Below are positions 1-10,195 of a stretch of DNA of 64,000 nt, in pieces. Both the position numbers and the translations under genes were made by a program. Position 1 is the stretch's first letter; every line of letters begins with the position of its first letter. The stretch spans positions 1,344,001-1,408,000 of the forward strand of contig OY760175.1 of assembly GCA_963663165.1 (NCBI GenBank), given 5' to 3'. The notes beneath the pieces are model-generated. The model was not told the DNA's origin. It worked only from the letters and a program-made list of their open reading frames with translations, and made no database searches. This stretch comes from an uncultured Desulfospira sp. (GTDB taxonomy: Bacteria > Desulfobacterota > Desulfobacteria > Desulfobacterales > Desulfobacteraceae).

Positions 1-1
1 T

Positions 2-1702
2 CAGCCATTGCTGATCGGCGATGGGTTTGGCCGTATCAAGGTAATCCACAATGGCCTTGATGATCTGCATCTGGTTATGCTTTTTTTCTTCAAGGTTCAC
101 CTGGTCCACAAACCGGACAAAATCGGCCAGACTGTCAATGGGCAGGACAATATCTTCGTTGAGCTTAAAGGCATTGGTGTGGGCGGCAATGGCCCCGAGT
201 TTTTTTCGATCCTCCCAGAACCGTTGGGCCTCTCTGGGGTCCTGGGCAATGGTCAGGCTGGTCCGTTCATAGGGGTCGAGGATCTGTTCTATGACCTCTA
301 CCCCCCGGTCAAGGCTGGGCCTTTCATCGGCCACCATGTCAATGAGCAGCACGGCTTTGAGCCGGGAACCGGCCGGCTGTTTGGTCTTGTATTTAATGGC
401 CTTGATATACTCTTCATCAAAATGCTCAAGGGCCATGAGGGCCGGGTCCTGGGACTTAAAGGCCCGGCACAGGGCCGTGATCACCTTGCCGGCCTCGGCC
501 ATGTCATCGCCGAAAAACTCAATGCAGAAGGTTTTTTTGAATTTAAACTCCGGGTAAAGGATGAATTTTGCCGAGGTAATGATCCCGTCACACCCCTCCT
601 TTTGAAGCCCGGGCAGGCCGTTGAGGGTTTTATTGGTAACGTCTTTGCCAAGCCCCTTTTTCCGGATCTGCCCCCCTTCCAGGGTCAAGGTGTCCAACAC
701 GTTGTTTTCATCGTCAAACACCTTGAAGACCAGGGTATCTTGGGGCAAAATTTTTCTTAAGGGGTGATGTTCCCGGACCACGGTGCGGGCTGACCCGTCG
801 GGCATGGTGATCTTGTAGGACAGGACATTGTCTATGGCGGTCCCGTAGAGCACGGCGGTCTTCCCCCCGGCGTTTTCGGCAAGGTTGCCGCCAATGGTGC
901 AGGCCCAGGCGGAGGTGGGGTCCGTGGCAAAAACCAGGCCCTGTTGCTTGGCCGTGTCTTTGGCATCCTGGGTCACCACCCCGGCCTCAAGTTCAACAGA
1001 CCAATAGGGGCCGGCCTCCCCGTCCGGATGTTCCTGGATGGGGAAAATCCGGTTGAGCTTTTCCGTATTGATCATGATGCAGTCCGGCGTTAAGGGGGTG
1101 GTCCCGCCGGTAAGGCCGGTGCCGGCCCCCCGGGGGATGATCCGGTAGCCAAGTTCTTTTATTTTCTTCACCAGGACCGGCACCTGGCCTTCCTTGCCGG
1201 GACGGACCACGGCCACCGGGGCAAACCGCCGCCAGTCCGTGGCATCGGTGATATGGGCCGTGAGGTTAAAGGGGTCAAAGTAGATGCTGTCTTTGCCCAC
1301 CACAGGGCTTAGCTTGCGCCGAATTCTGCGGCGGCAGGATTCAACGGCCTTGATCTGCCCGAAAATCTTTTCAAGGGCTTTGCCGCAGGCATCAAGGACC
1401 TCTATTACCCCGAGATGGCCGGCATGTTCCCGGATAATATTCAGATCATTTGCAAACTCTTTAAACAGCTTTTTTCTTAGAACGGGGTGTTCCACCACTT
1501 CCTGGAACAAAAACGGATTGCGCTGGATGATAAACAGGTCCCCCATGAACCGGTGAAGGCGCCTGGAGGACCTGCCTGTGTCTTTCTGAGTTTCAAGGGA
1601 CTGGATCTGTTCTAAAACGTCTTGCCCAAAAAGATGCCGGATGATCTGATCATCATCCGCCGACGTATAATTATACGGTATTTTCCGTTTGGGATCTTGC
1701 AC
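2..1702 (-). CDS. FAD-binding oxidoreductase (DUF3683 / FAD-linked oxidase type), 3' part runs off the window
   Basis: Not in the ORF track because it has no stop in the window. Reading from GTG at 1702 gives MQDPKRKIPYNYTSADDQII..., later IIPRGAGTGLTGG and DPTSAWACTIGGNLAENAGG (FAD_binding_4-type motifs). Lies directly downstream of serA. Confidence 0.85.
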   Translation of the reverse strand, partial: MQDPKRKIPYNYTSADDDQIIRHLFGQDVLEQIQSLETQKDTGRSSRRLHRFMGDLFIIQRNPFLFQEVVEHPVLRKKLFKEFANDLNIIREHAGHLGVIEVLDACGKALEKIFGQIKAVESCRRRIRRKLSPVVGKDSIYFDPFNLTAHITDATDWRRFAPVAVVRPGKEGQVPVLVKKIKELGYRIIPRGAGTGLTGGTTPLTPDCIMINTEKLNRIFPIQEHPDGEAGPYWSVELEAGVVTQDAKDTAKQQGLVFATDPTSAWACTIGGNLAENAGGKTAVLYGTAIDNVLSYKITMPDGSARTVVREHHPLRKILPQDTLVFKVFDDENNVLDTLTLEGGQIRKKGLGKDVTNKTLNGLPGLQKEGCDGIITSAKFILYPEFKFKKTFCIEFFGDDMAEAGKVITALCRAFKSQDPALMALEHFDEEYIKAIKYKTKQPAGSRLKAVLLIDMVADERPSLDRGVEVIEQILDPYERTSLTIAQDPREAQRFWEDRKKLGAIAAHTNAFKLNEDIVLPIDSLADFVRFVDQVNLEEKKHNQMQIIKAIVDYLDTAKPIADQQWL

Positions 1703-1711
1703 TTAAAATAC

Positions 1712-3295
1712 TCATAACTCAAAGGTTGTCATGCTGACGACCAAATCAAGGCCCGCAATCTCTTTGACCACATCCGGCGGAACCGGCGTGTCTGTTCTCA
1801 AAAAGATAATGTTGCGTTCCCCGTCATCTTCGCGTCCCACCATCATCCGGGCAATATTAATATCATGTTTGCCCAGTGCGGTGCCGATTTCGCCGATGGA
1901 ACCGGGCTTGTCCACATTGTGGATCAGGCCCAAATGGCCCTCGGGAATCACCTCTAACCGGAACTTGTTGATCCTGACGATCCGGGCGTCATCTTTACCA
2001 AAGATGGTGCCTTCCACGATATTGGTCTGGGTATCCGTTGTCACGGTCATCCGGATCAGGTTCAAAAAGTTGCCCGCTTCCCTTGAGGTGGATTCGGTAA
2101 TTTTAATTCCCATTTCATTGGCCAGGGAAATGGCGTTGACAGAGTTGACCTCGTACCGGACAAATTCGTTCAGGGCACCTTTGATGCCCTCAATGGTCAG
2201 GGGTTTTAAATCAAGATCCGGGAACTTGCCGATGTATTCAATATTGACTTCCCGGATTCCGCCGCCCGTGATCTGGGCCTGCATTTTGCCCATTTTCTGT
2301 ATCAGGTAAAGGAAGGGTTTGAGCTGACGCAGGACATCCCCGGTGACCGAGGGAACGTTCACGGCATTGATCACGGTGTTGTTGAGCAGATAGGCGATGA
2401 TCTGGTTGGCCGCGGCCACGGACACATTGGTCTGGGCTTCCTTGGTGGAGGCACCCAGATGGGGCGTGGTAATGACCTGGTCGAGTTTGAGCAACGGATG
2501 ATCCGCAGGCGGCGGCTCGGTGGAAAATACGTCCAGGGCCGCCCCGGCCACTTTGCCCGACTGGATGGCATCATACAGGGCCGCTTCGTTGACAATGCCG
2601 CCCCGGGCGCAGTTGATGACCATGACCCCGGTCTTCATCTTTTCAAAGGCCTGGGCGTCGAGAAGGTCAATGGTGGCGTCCATTTTGGGCACATGGATGG
2701 TGATATAATCGGCCCGGGCATAGAGATCGTCCAGGCTGACATATTCAAAGCCTGCCTTTTCTATATGTTCCGAAGAGATATTGGGATCATAGACAATGAC
2801 GTTCATTCTCAGGCCCTTGGCAAGGCCTGCGGCAATGGAGCCGATATTGCCGTATCCGATCACCCCCAGGGTCTTGTTAAAAATTTCCCTGCCCTGGAGC
2901 AGTTTTTTGTCCCAGCGGCCGGCTTTCATGGACGCCGTTCCCCGGGGGATATTCCGGGTTAAGGCCATCATCATGGCAATGGCGTGTTCGGCCGTGGTCA
3001 CGGTGTTGCCGCCCGGGGTGTTCATGACGGCGATCCCCTTTTTGGTGGCGGCTTCGATATCCACATTGTCCAGGCCGATGCCGGCCCGGGCAATGACCTT
3101 CAGGTTGTCGGCGGCTTCGAGCAGGTCCGGGGTGACCTTGGTGGCGCTTCGAATGGCTAAGGCATCATACTGCCCGATGATCTGTTTTAACTCTTCCGGG
3201 GCAAGGCCGGTGTTGACATCCAGCTCAATGCCGTCCTGGTTTCTGAAGATCTCAATGCCGGCCTCATCCATTTTATCGCTGATCAGTACCTTCAT
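1712..3295 (-). CDS. serA: D-3-phosphoglycerate dehydrogenase
   Basis: RAGIGLDNVD, GxGxxG (GYGNIG), INCARGGIV, TPHLGAST and a C-terminal ACT domain; adjacent to serC. Confidence 0.97.
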   Translation of the reverse strand: MKVLISDKMDEAGIEIFRNQDGIELDVNTGLAPEELKQIIGQYDALAIRSATKVTPDLLEAADNLKVIARAGIGLDNVDIEAATKKGIAVMNTPGGNTVTTAEHAIAMMMALTRNIPRGTASMKAGRWDKKLLQGREIFNKTLGVIGYGNIGSIAAGLAKGLRMNVIVYDPNISSEHIEKAGFEYVSLDDLYARADYITIHVPKMDATIDLLDAQAFEKMKTGVMVINCARGGIVNEAALYDAIQSGKVAGAALDVFSTEPPPADHPLLKLDQVITTPHLGASTKEAQTNVSVAAANQIIAYLLNNTVINAVNVPSVTGDVLRQLKPFLYLIQKMGKMQAQITGGGIREVNIEYIGKFPDLDLKPLTIEGIKGALNEFVRYEVNSVNAISLANEMGIKITESTSREAGNFLNLIRMTVTTDTQTNIVEGTIFGKDDARIVRINKFRLEVIPEGHLGLIHNVDKPGSIGEIGTALGKHDINIARMMVGREDDGERNIIFLRTDTPVPPDVVKEIAGLDLVVSMTTFEL

Positions 3296-4383
3296 TATTT
3301 GGCCTCCTTCTGGAACGTCTCCATGAATTGAATCAAGGCGTTGATGCCTTCCATGGTGGTGGCATTATAAATGGAGGCCCGGCACCCGCCCACGGACCGG
3401 TGGCCTTTAAGCCCGCCAAGGCCTTTGGCGGTGGCTTCTTTGATAAACTGCTTCTCTAAATCTTCGCTGGGCAGCCGGAAGGTCACGTTCATCAGCGACC
3501 TGGAATCTTTTGCTGCGGTGGCCCGGTAAAAGCTGCCGGCATCCATGAAATCATATAACAGGCCGGCCTTTTCCTTGTTAAAGGCTTCCATTTTTTCAAG
3601 CCCGCCCATGTCTTCTTCAATCCATTTTAACACCAGGTCGATGGTGTAAATACCAAAACAGGGCGGGGTATTGTACATGGAATTTTTACCGGCATAGGTA
3701 CTGTATTTGAGCATGGACGGCAGATCCGGGTTGGCGGTGTCCATCAGGTCTTTTTTAATGATCACCAGGGTAGTGCCTGAGGGCCCTAGATTTTTCTGGG
3801 CGCCGGCATAGATCAGGCCGAATTTTTCCATGGGAACGGGCCTTGAAAAAATATCCGAAGACATGTCCGCGATAATGGGAACCGCCCCGGTGTCCGGAAA
3901 CTGGGCAAACTGGGTTCCCTTGATGGTGTTGTTGGAGGTAATGTGGACATACCTGGCGTCTTTGCTGAAGGGGATGTCCTGAGGGATATAGGAAAAATCC
4001 TTATCTTCTGAAGAGGCAACGACCTTATGGTTTTTCTTCTGGATCTGGGCCTCTTTAATGGCTTTGGTGGACCAGGTCCCGGTATTGACATAATCTGCAC
4101 TCTGGTCCCCTGAAAGGAAATTCATGGGGATCATGGCAAATTGAAGGGACGCCCCGCCCTGGAGGAAAAGGACATGGAACTGGTCATCCAGGCCCAAAAG
4201 CCGTTTGGCCCGTGCCACGGCATCGTTGATGACATCGTCAAAATAGGAAGACCGGTGACTGATTTCAGTAATGGACATGCCTGAGTTGTTAAAATTCAGG
4301 AAAGATGCCTGAATTTCTTCCAGAACCGGCAGAGGCAAAGCGGCCGGCCCGGCGTTGAAGTTGAAAATTCTTTGATCCGTCAT
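3295..4383 (-). CDS. serC: Phosphoserine aminotransferase
   Basis: FNFNAGPAALP, GGASLQF, YAGAQKNLGPSG (PLP lysine), GHRSVGGCRASIYNA. Confidence 0.97.
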   Translation of the reverse strand: MTDQRIFNFNAGPAALPLPVLEEIQASFLNFNNSGMSITEISHRSSYFDDVINDAVARAKRLLGLDDQFHVLFLQGGASLQFAMIPMNFLSGDQSADYVNTGTWSTKAIKEAQIQKKNHKVVASSEDKDFSYIPQDIPFSKDARYVHITSNNTIKGTQFAQFPDTGAVPIIADMSSDIFSRPVPMEKFGLIYAGAQKNLGPSGTTLVIIKKDLMDTANPDLPSMLKYSTYAGKNSMYNTPPCFGIYTIDLVLKWIEEDMGGLEKMEAFNKEKAGLLYDFMDAGSFYRATAAKDSRSLMNVTFRLPSEDLEKQFIKEATAKGLGGLKGHRSVGGCRASIYNATTMEGINALIQFMETFQKEAK

Positions 4384-4399
4384 TTTTTTTCCTTTCGTG

Positions 4400-4448
4400 G
4401 TTAGCTGTTAGCTGTTAGCTTTTAGCCGTTAGCTCATCAGCGTTAGCG
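4400..4448. repeat. Short tandem heptamer repeat (GTTAGCT-type)
   Basis: gttagct gttagct gttagct tttagcc gttagct between serC and prfC. Confidence 0.8.
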
Positions 4449-4493
4449 GTGAACTATGATCCTTGTTTTGGTTTTTGATGGTCATGGGCTTGA

Positions 4494-6104
4494 TCACACC
4501 ATATGATTATCTGCTGACTCGTATTCCCGGGTTTTATGAAATACGATTTGAGGCCATTCTTCCATGGCAAATCCAAGCTGGTACTCGCTGGTGGTCAAAA
4601 AAGTCAGCCACCCTTCCCCGTCCAGGGCCAGGCTGGATTCGTTTTTCCGTTTAAATTCCTTGAGCATGGCGTCATCCTTACAGGTGATCCACCGGGCCAC
4701 TGAATAGTCAATGGCCTCCACACCGGCCTTGACATTGTACTCGGCTTCGAGCCGGGCCATGGTCACGTCAAACTGGAGCAGCCCTACCGCCCCGATAACG
4801 TGCATGTTGCCGATCATTGGTCTGAACACCTGGATGGTCCCCTCTTCGGCCAGCTGGGTTAAGCCTTTGTTCAGGGCCTTGGCCTTCATGGGGTCTTTTA
4901 AAATTACCCGCCTGAAGTGTTCCGGCGCAAAACTGGGGATTCCCAAAAACTTTAAGGGTTCTTTGGTGGTAAAGGTGTCACCGATCTTGATAGTGCCGTG
5001 GTTGTGGATACCGATGATATCCCCGGGCCAGGCTTCTTCAATGTTATTTCTCTCCCGGGCCATGAAAATGGTGGCATTGGACAGCTTGATCTCCTTTCCC
5101 AGCCTGTGGTGGCGCACTTTCATACCCTTGGTGAATTTGCCTGAACAGATCCTGAAAAAGGCGATCCGGTCCCGGTGTTCCGGGTCCATATTGGCCTGGA
5201 TCTTAAAGGTAAACCCGGAGAAATCTTCTTCAAAGGGGTCCACATCCCGGGTCTGGGCTGCCCGCTTGCCCGGCGGCGGTGCTATTTCCACAAAGGCGTC
5301 CAGCATCTCCCTGACCCCGAAATTGTTGATGGCAGACCCGAAAAACACCGGGGTCTGGGTCCCGTTGAGAAACAGCTCAAGTTCAAAGGGATCCAGGGCA
5401 CCTTCAATGAGTTCAACATCCTCTCTTAATGAGTCGGCCTGGGACTGTGAAATCAGTTCATCCAGCCTGGGATCGGACAGGTCTTTTACCCGGACATGGT
5501 CGTCGTCCCGTGGCGTATACCCGGGGGTGAAAATCCCCAGTTCCCTGTTTTCCAGATCATACACCCCTTTAAACCGTTTTCCCATGCCAATGGGCCAGGT
5601 CAAGGGGACACACTCGATCTGGAGCTTGTCTTCAATATCTTCAAAAATATCCAGGGGCTCCATGCCCTCCCGGTCGAGTTTGTTGATGAAAGTGATGATG
5701 GGGGTGTTGCGCATGCGGCAGACTTCCATGAGCTTCTGGGTCTGGGGCTCCACCCCTTTGGCGTTGTCAATGATCATGACGGCGCAGTCCACGGCGGTCA
5801 GGACCCGGTATGTGTCTTCGCTGAAATCCTTATGGCCGGGGGTGTCCAGCAAATTGATTTCATAATCCCGGTAATTGAATTTCATCACCGATGAGGACAC
5901 GGAAATGCCCCTTTCCTGCTCAATGGAGAGGAAATCCGAGGTGGCGGCCCGGTCGGCTTTCCTGGATTTCACCGCCCCGGCCTGCTGGATGGCCCCGCCA
6001 AAAAGAAGCAATTTTTCCGTAAGGGTGGTCTTGCCGGCATCAGGATGGCTGATAATGGCAAAAGTCCGCCGTTTGTTGATCTGTTTTACACTTGCTTTAT
6101 CCAC
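4494..6104 (-). CDS. prfC: Peptide chain release factor 3
   Basis: [48 protein letters not shown]. Confidence 0.97.
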   Translation of the reverse strand: MDKASVKQINKRRTFAIISHPDAGKTTLTEKLLLFGGAIQQAGAVKSRKADRAATSDFLSIEQERGISVSSSVMKFNYRDYEINLLDTPGHKDFSEDTYRVLTAVDCAVMIIDNAKGVEPQTQKLMEVCRMRNTPIITFINKLDREGMEPLDIFEDIEDKLQIECVPLTWPIGMGKRFKGVYDLENRELGIFTPGYTPRDDDHVRVKDLSDPRLDELISQSQADSLREDVELIEGALDPFELELFLNGTQTPVFFGSAINNFGVREMLDAFVEIAPPPGKRAAQTRDVDPFEEDFSGFTFKIQANMDPEHRDRIAFFRICSGKFTKGMKVRHHRLGKEIKLSNATIFMARERNNIEEAWPGDIIGIHNHGTIKIGDTFTTKEPLKFLGIPSFAPEHFRRVILKDPMKAKALNKGLTQLAEEGTIQVFRPMIGNMHVIGAVGLLQFDVTMARLEAEYNVKAGVEAIDYSVARWITCKDDAMLKEFKRKNESSLALDGEGWLTFLTTSEYQLGFAMEEWPQIVFHKTREYESADNHMV

Positions 6105-6120
6105 AATTTCTTTCGCTTAA

Positions 6121-6196
6121 ATTAGCTTTTAGCCATTAGCTGTTAGCTTTTAGCCGGTTGCTGAAACCGAAAGCTAATGGCTAACGACTAACTGCT
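6121..6196. repeat. Inverted heptamer-repeat hairpin (TTAGCT/AGCTAA arms)
   Basis: A TTAGC-type heptamer run followed by the reverse-complement run (aagctaatggctaacgactaac). Confidence 0.75.
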
Positions 6197-6296
6197 TTTT
6201 AAAAACAAAATATCCAATAAACCTAACTGGTTTATCAGATATTTGTACCATTCTCAAGTTCCGGCCGATCTGTTGCTCACAACAGGCGGCTCAGGA

Positions 6297-6530
6297 TTAT
6301 TTTTTTTTATACTTTTTCCTGACGTTGAAAAAATCCCAAACCGCCCAGGGGATCAGCACGGCGCTGAGCACCTGGTTGAAAAGCGCATGTTCAGCCATCT
6401 CCGGATCCGAGGTCAGCCATCCGTCCCAGAAACACCATAATCCAAACCCCAACAATAAAAAGGTGAACACATAAGGGCTCATCTGGGGCGGTTTAGGTGT
6501 TTTCTTCTCTTGAGTGCGTTTCTCTTCCAT
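6297..6530 (-). CDS. Small membrane protein, two TM helices
   Basis: 77-aa ORF with AGGA RBS, two hydrophobic stretches and a basic C-terminus. Confidence 0.7.
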   Translation of the reverse strand: MEEKRTQEKKTPKPPQMSPYVFTFLLLGFGLWCFWDGWLTSDPEMAEHALFNQVLSAVLIPWAVWDFFNVRKKYKKK

Positions 6531-6652
6531 TTAATATCCTGATCTCCTTTAAGATTTTATTTTGGACCTACTTATCATAGATCATTAGAATTGAGAAGAA
6601 AGAAATACGGATAAATTTCTTGCGATCTTCTTAAATTACAGATAGATTCAAA

Positions 6653-6761
6653 GTAACTGTTCATCAGTGCCTCATCTTCGCTCATTTAAGGCCTTCTCAC
6701 ATAGCAAAAGTATGCACCGAAGACCTGACTAAACAAATATGAAGCACTGATGAACAGTTAC
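6653..6761. mobile_element. 109-bp MITE with IS66-like GTAA termini
   Basis: 23-bp terminal inverted repeats GTAACTGTTCATCAGTGC(C/T)TCAT; flanked by GATTCAAA / GACTCAAA (8-bp TSD, 1 mismatch); no ORF. Confidence 0.8.
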
Positions 6762-6888
6762 GACTCAAAAAAAAATTTAAAAAACTTATAACTTCAATCA
6801 TCTGATGAGAAAAAATTGTTTAATGCCTTGAAAAAGGGCTTTTTCTAAGATATGGTCTGCCAACTAAATTATCACAGGTTAGACGATC

Positions 6889-8055
6889 ATGAAATTTTTC
6901 CCGTTGAAAATTGTTCTTGCGTGCCTGATACTTACCCCGCTGCTGTACATCGCGACCCTTTCTGCTGTCCAGAAGCACCTTGAAAATAAATACCTGCAGT
7001 CCATTCAAAATACCGTCATCGGCGACTCGGCCCCCCTGCTGAACGGGACCGTGCGCATCGAAGACCAGATGGCCAAAAACATTCAGGATTTTCTGTCACA
7101 GGATTCGCTGATCAAATTGAGTTCCATTGATCTGGACATCCGGGTGACCACCACCAAAGGAAAGATTATTTATCCGACTTATGTGGGCGCCGACCTGTTG
7201 GATGAGGAGATTGCCAACAATTTTAACACCGAAGCCATTGCCAAGGACAACTTTGAAATTCTCAACAGCGGATTTGATATCACGGCCAAACTTCATATCG
7301 AACATGGCTCCCTGGTTGCCAACATTATTTTGGGCATATACTCAGGACTCTCTTTTCTAATCGTCTTTATATTCTACCGCAAAGGGTTCAAAAAGGCTGA
7401 AACCCTCAACAAAGAACAAACCGCCCTGATCAACAACCTTAAAAATGAAGAAAAAAAACACGAACAGATGGTCAAGGAAATCAGCCGGGAGCGACAGGAT
7501 CTGTTTGAAAACATCAAAGGCCTTAACCAGCGGTACCAGAGCGACCTGAAAAAGGCCAAAATCAACGAAGAGGAAATGTTTAACGAAATTGTTTCCTTAG
7601 AAGAAAAGCTCAAATCCTTTATCGAATCCAAAAAAACCAAAGAGCAGGAAATTGATGAACTCAAATCCATGCTGCTAAAATATGAAAAACAGGAAGAACG
7701 AAGGAAAAGCACCAAAGGCCGGCGCAACGAGTATGATTTTTTACTCAAACGGTTTTCCGCCTTATATAAAAATGTGGAAATCGAAAGAAAAGCCCTGATC
7801 GGCTTTCAAAGCTTGAATGAAGACCAGCAGATCAAGGCCGAAGAGGTGGTTTTTCAACTGAACAATGAACCGGAAAAGGTCATCATCAAACGAAAGGTCT
7901 TTTCAGGAAAGAAACACAAAACCGCTTGCTTTGAAGTGTTATTCGCCTATAATGGACGACTGTACTTCAGGAACGCTGAAACCAGCACCCAGATTGTGGT
8001 CATCGGCACCAAAAACAGCCAGAATAAAGACATGGAGTATCTTCATAATTTATGA
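6889..8055 (+). CDS. Membrane-anchored coiled-coil protein with possible C-terminal RelE-like domain
   Basis: 388-aa ORF with two TM segments, a long E/K-rich coiled coil and C-terminal GRLYFR...GTKNSQNKD. Confidence 0.7.
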   Translation: MKFFPLKIVLACLILTPLLYIATLSAVQKHLENKYLQSIQNTVIGDSAPLLNGTVRIEDQMAKNIQDFLSQDSLIKLSSIDLDIRVTTTKGKIIYPTYVGADLLDEEIANNFNTEAIAKDNFEILNSGFDITAKLHIEHGSLVANIILGIYSGLSFLIVFIFYRKGFKKAETLNKEQTALINNLKNEEKKHEQMVKEISRERQDLFENIKGLNQRYQSDLKKAKINEEEMFNEIVSLEEKLKSFIESKKTKEQEIDELKSMLLKYEKQEERRKSTKGRRNEYDFLLKRFSALYKNVEIERKALIGFQSLNEDQQIKAEEVVFQLNNEPEKVIIKRKVFSGKKHKTACFEVLFAYNGRLYFRNAETSTQIVVIGTKNSQNKDMEYLHNL

Positions 8056-8112
8056 CATTCATGAGCCAGCATGACAGTAAATTGGTTCCGGTATACAACA
8101 TGTATCGAAAAG

Positions 8113-8206
8113 TTGGGATATGGGACTTGGGACTTGGGACTTGGGATGTGCGGAAAGAAGCCTATAGGCTACCCCAAGTCCCATATCCCATATCCCAAGT
8201 CCCCCA
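8113..8206. repeat. Inverted heptamer-repeat hairpin (TGGGACT/AGTCCCA arms)
   Basis: tgggata tgggact tgggact tgggact ... ccccaagtcccatatcccatatcccaagtccc. Confidence 0.8.
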
Positions 8207-8215
8207 AATAAAAAT

Positions 8216-10129
8216 ATGTACACTTCATTTTACAATCTAAAATTAAAGCCCTTCCAGATCAGTTCCGATCCGAGATTCATGTGGTTTGGGGAAAAGCATC
8301 AGGAAGCCCTGGCCACACTCAGATACGGAATCCTTGACAACAAGGGATTTTTGCTGCTGACCGGGGATGTGGGCACCGGCAAAACCTCCCTGATCAATTC
8401 CCTGATCCAGAGCTTAAGTGACAATATCATCTGCGCCACGGTCCCTGATCCCAGCCTGGAAAAACTGGATTTCTTGAATTATATTGCGGCCGCATTCGGT
8501 ATTGACCAGGAATTTCAGAGCAAAGGCAGCTTTCTGGCCTTTTTTCGCAATTTTCTTTCCCAGGCCAGTGAACGAGGGAAAAAAGTCCTGCTCATCGTTG
8601 ACGAATCCCAGCTGCTGACCCAGGAAATGCTGGAGGAAATCCGCCTGCTGTCCAACATCGAACGGACCGATGCCAAGCTGATCAATATCTTTTTTATCGG
8701 GCAAAATGAGTTCAACGAAATTTTAAACCGGCCCCAGAACCGGGCGGTCCGGCAGCGCCTGACCCTGAATTACAATTTGGACCCCTTAACCCCGGATGAA
8801 ACCCATGCCTATATCCGGCACCGGCTGAAAGTCGCCGGAACCACCGAAACCCTTTTTGACATGTCCGCAGTCCAGGAAGTGTTCATGTACTCAGGGGGAT
8901 TTCCCCGGCGAATCAACATTCTGTGCGACCATGCCCTCTTAAGTGGATACGTTAAAGAGCAAAAGGTGATTGACGGTGCCATTGTCAAAGAGTGCGCCAA
9001 AGAGCTCAAGATCCCGGCCCATGTCCGGAACCGGGATATCAACGGGTTTGCCCATGCCCATCAAAGGCCTGCGCCCGCCCCGGACCAGTCCCCGGCCGGT
9101 ATACCGTCAGTAAGGCCGCCAGTGGCACCACCAGCGGTCCCGCCGACACCTTCTCCTGCTGAGCCGCCTTCAGCGCCCTATTCCGGGCCGCCATCTTCCC
9201 AAGTCCCCCGTCCCGGGTATCAGCCCTATCCCGAGGAACCCCGGAAAAGCCGCCTGTCATGGATAGGATGGATACTTGTCATCATTTTATTGGGCCTGTT
9301 TGCCTGGGCCTTTATGTTCCCGGAAAATTTCAGGCAGTCAACCCGGCAGATAGGGGTTGATTTCCCCATAATCGGGCAGACCGTTGAGTTCCTGTTCCCG
9401 TCAACCCTTCACAACGACACCAGGGGGCAGGTCCACGGTGCGGTCCCTTCCCCTCAGCCCCCTTTGCCGTCAACACCGCCATTGAATGAAGGGGCAAAGG
9501 CAACCGCCGACGCCTCGGAAGCTGAACCGCCATCTGCCGGGGTCGCCCCCGGCGAAAGCCAAAGCGGCCAGGCCATTGAAAGCAAAAATAAAGATGCTGG
9601 ACCTGAAATACCAACTGAGAATCAACCTGACGATGCTAAATCCCAGGAGGCTGACATCAGTCCCCCCTTGGAAGACACCGATTCCAAAACTTTGGGAAAC
9701 AAGGACCAGGCGTCCTTGTTAGAACCAGCAACATCCATAGTAACGATGGACAGCGGCCCAACGTCTGAGGGTTCCCAAGACATCCTGCCCCTGCCAGCGG
9801 AAAAGGTAATTGTAAGGTTCAAATACAACAGCAACGATTTTACCGATAAAGGGATTGAAGACCTTGAAACCTTTTCCAGTATCCTTGCCATGTACCCGGA
9901 AGCCAAGGTCCTGGTAACCGGCCACACCGATTCCATGGGGTATGAAAACTACAATAAAAAATTATCCGAATTCAGGGCCAACATTGTGAAAAGCTACCTG
10001 ATGGGAAAGGGCATCCGCCAGGACCAGATCAAAACCCGGGGCCTGGGCGGTGAAAAGCCCATTGAAACAAATGACACGCCCTGGGGGAAGATGATGAACA
10101 GAAGAGTAGAAATCGAAATATTGAAATAG
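8216..10129 (+). CDS. ExeA-family AAA ATPase fused to Pro-rich linker, TM helix and OmpA-like peptidoglycan-binding domain
   Basis: MYTSFYNLKLKPF start, GDVGTGKTS Walker A, LLIVDESQ Walker B, SGGFPRRINILCD; C-terminal GHTDSMG...NKKLSEFRA...NRRVEI. Confidence 0.9.
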   Translation: MYTSFYNLKLKPFQISSDPRFMWFGEKHQEALATLRYGILDNKGFLLLTGDVGTGKTSLINSLIQSLSDNIICATVPDPSLEKLDFLNYIAAAFGIDQEFQSKGSFLAFFRNFLSQASERGKKVLLIVDESQLLTQEMLEEIRLLSNIERTDAKLINIFFIGQNEFNEILNRPQNRAVRQRLTLNYNLDPLTPDETHAYIRHRLKVAGTTETLFDMSAVQEVFMYSGGFPRRINILCDHALLSGYVKEQKVIDGAIVKECAKELKIPAHVRNRDINGFAHAHQRPAPAPDQSPAGIPSVRPPVAPPAVPPTPSPAEPPSAPYSGPPSSQVPRPGYQPYPEEPRKSRLSWIGWILVIILLGLFAWAFMFPENFRQSTRQIGVDFPIIGQTVEFLFPSTLHNDTRGQVHGAVPSPQPPLPSTPPLNEGAKATADASEAEPPSAGVAPGESQSGQAIESKNKDAGPEIPTENQPDDAKSQEADISPPLEDTDSKTLGNKDQASLLEPATSIVTMDSGPTSEGSQDILPLPAEKVIVRFKYNSNDFTDKGIEDLETFSSILAMYPEAKVLVTGHTDSMGYENYNKKLSEFRANIVKSYLMGKGIRQDQIKTRGLGGEKPIETNDTPWGKMMNRRVEIEILK

Positions 10130-10161
10130 GGGTTTAGGCTGAAGGAAATTAGGCTGAAGGG

Positions 10162-10195
10162 AATGAATACCACCAGTAAACTGGTGGTATTCATT
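10162..10195. terminator. Perfect 15-bp hairpin between convergent genes (bidirectional terminator or REP-like element)
   Basis: AATGAATACCACCAG-taaa-CTGGTGGTATTCATT. Confidence 0.65.

Noticed and set aside
8..6120. Plus-strand ORFs (8-760, 1731-2309, 4711-5865 and others)
   Set aside because: These are antisense shadows of well-supported minus-strand genes.
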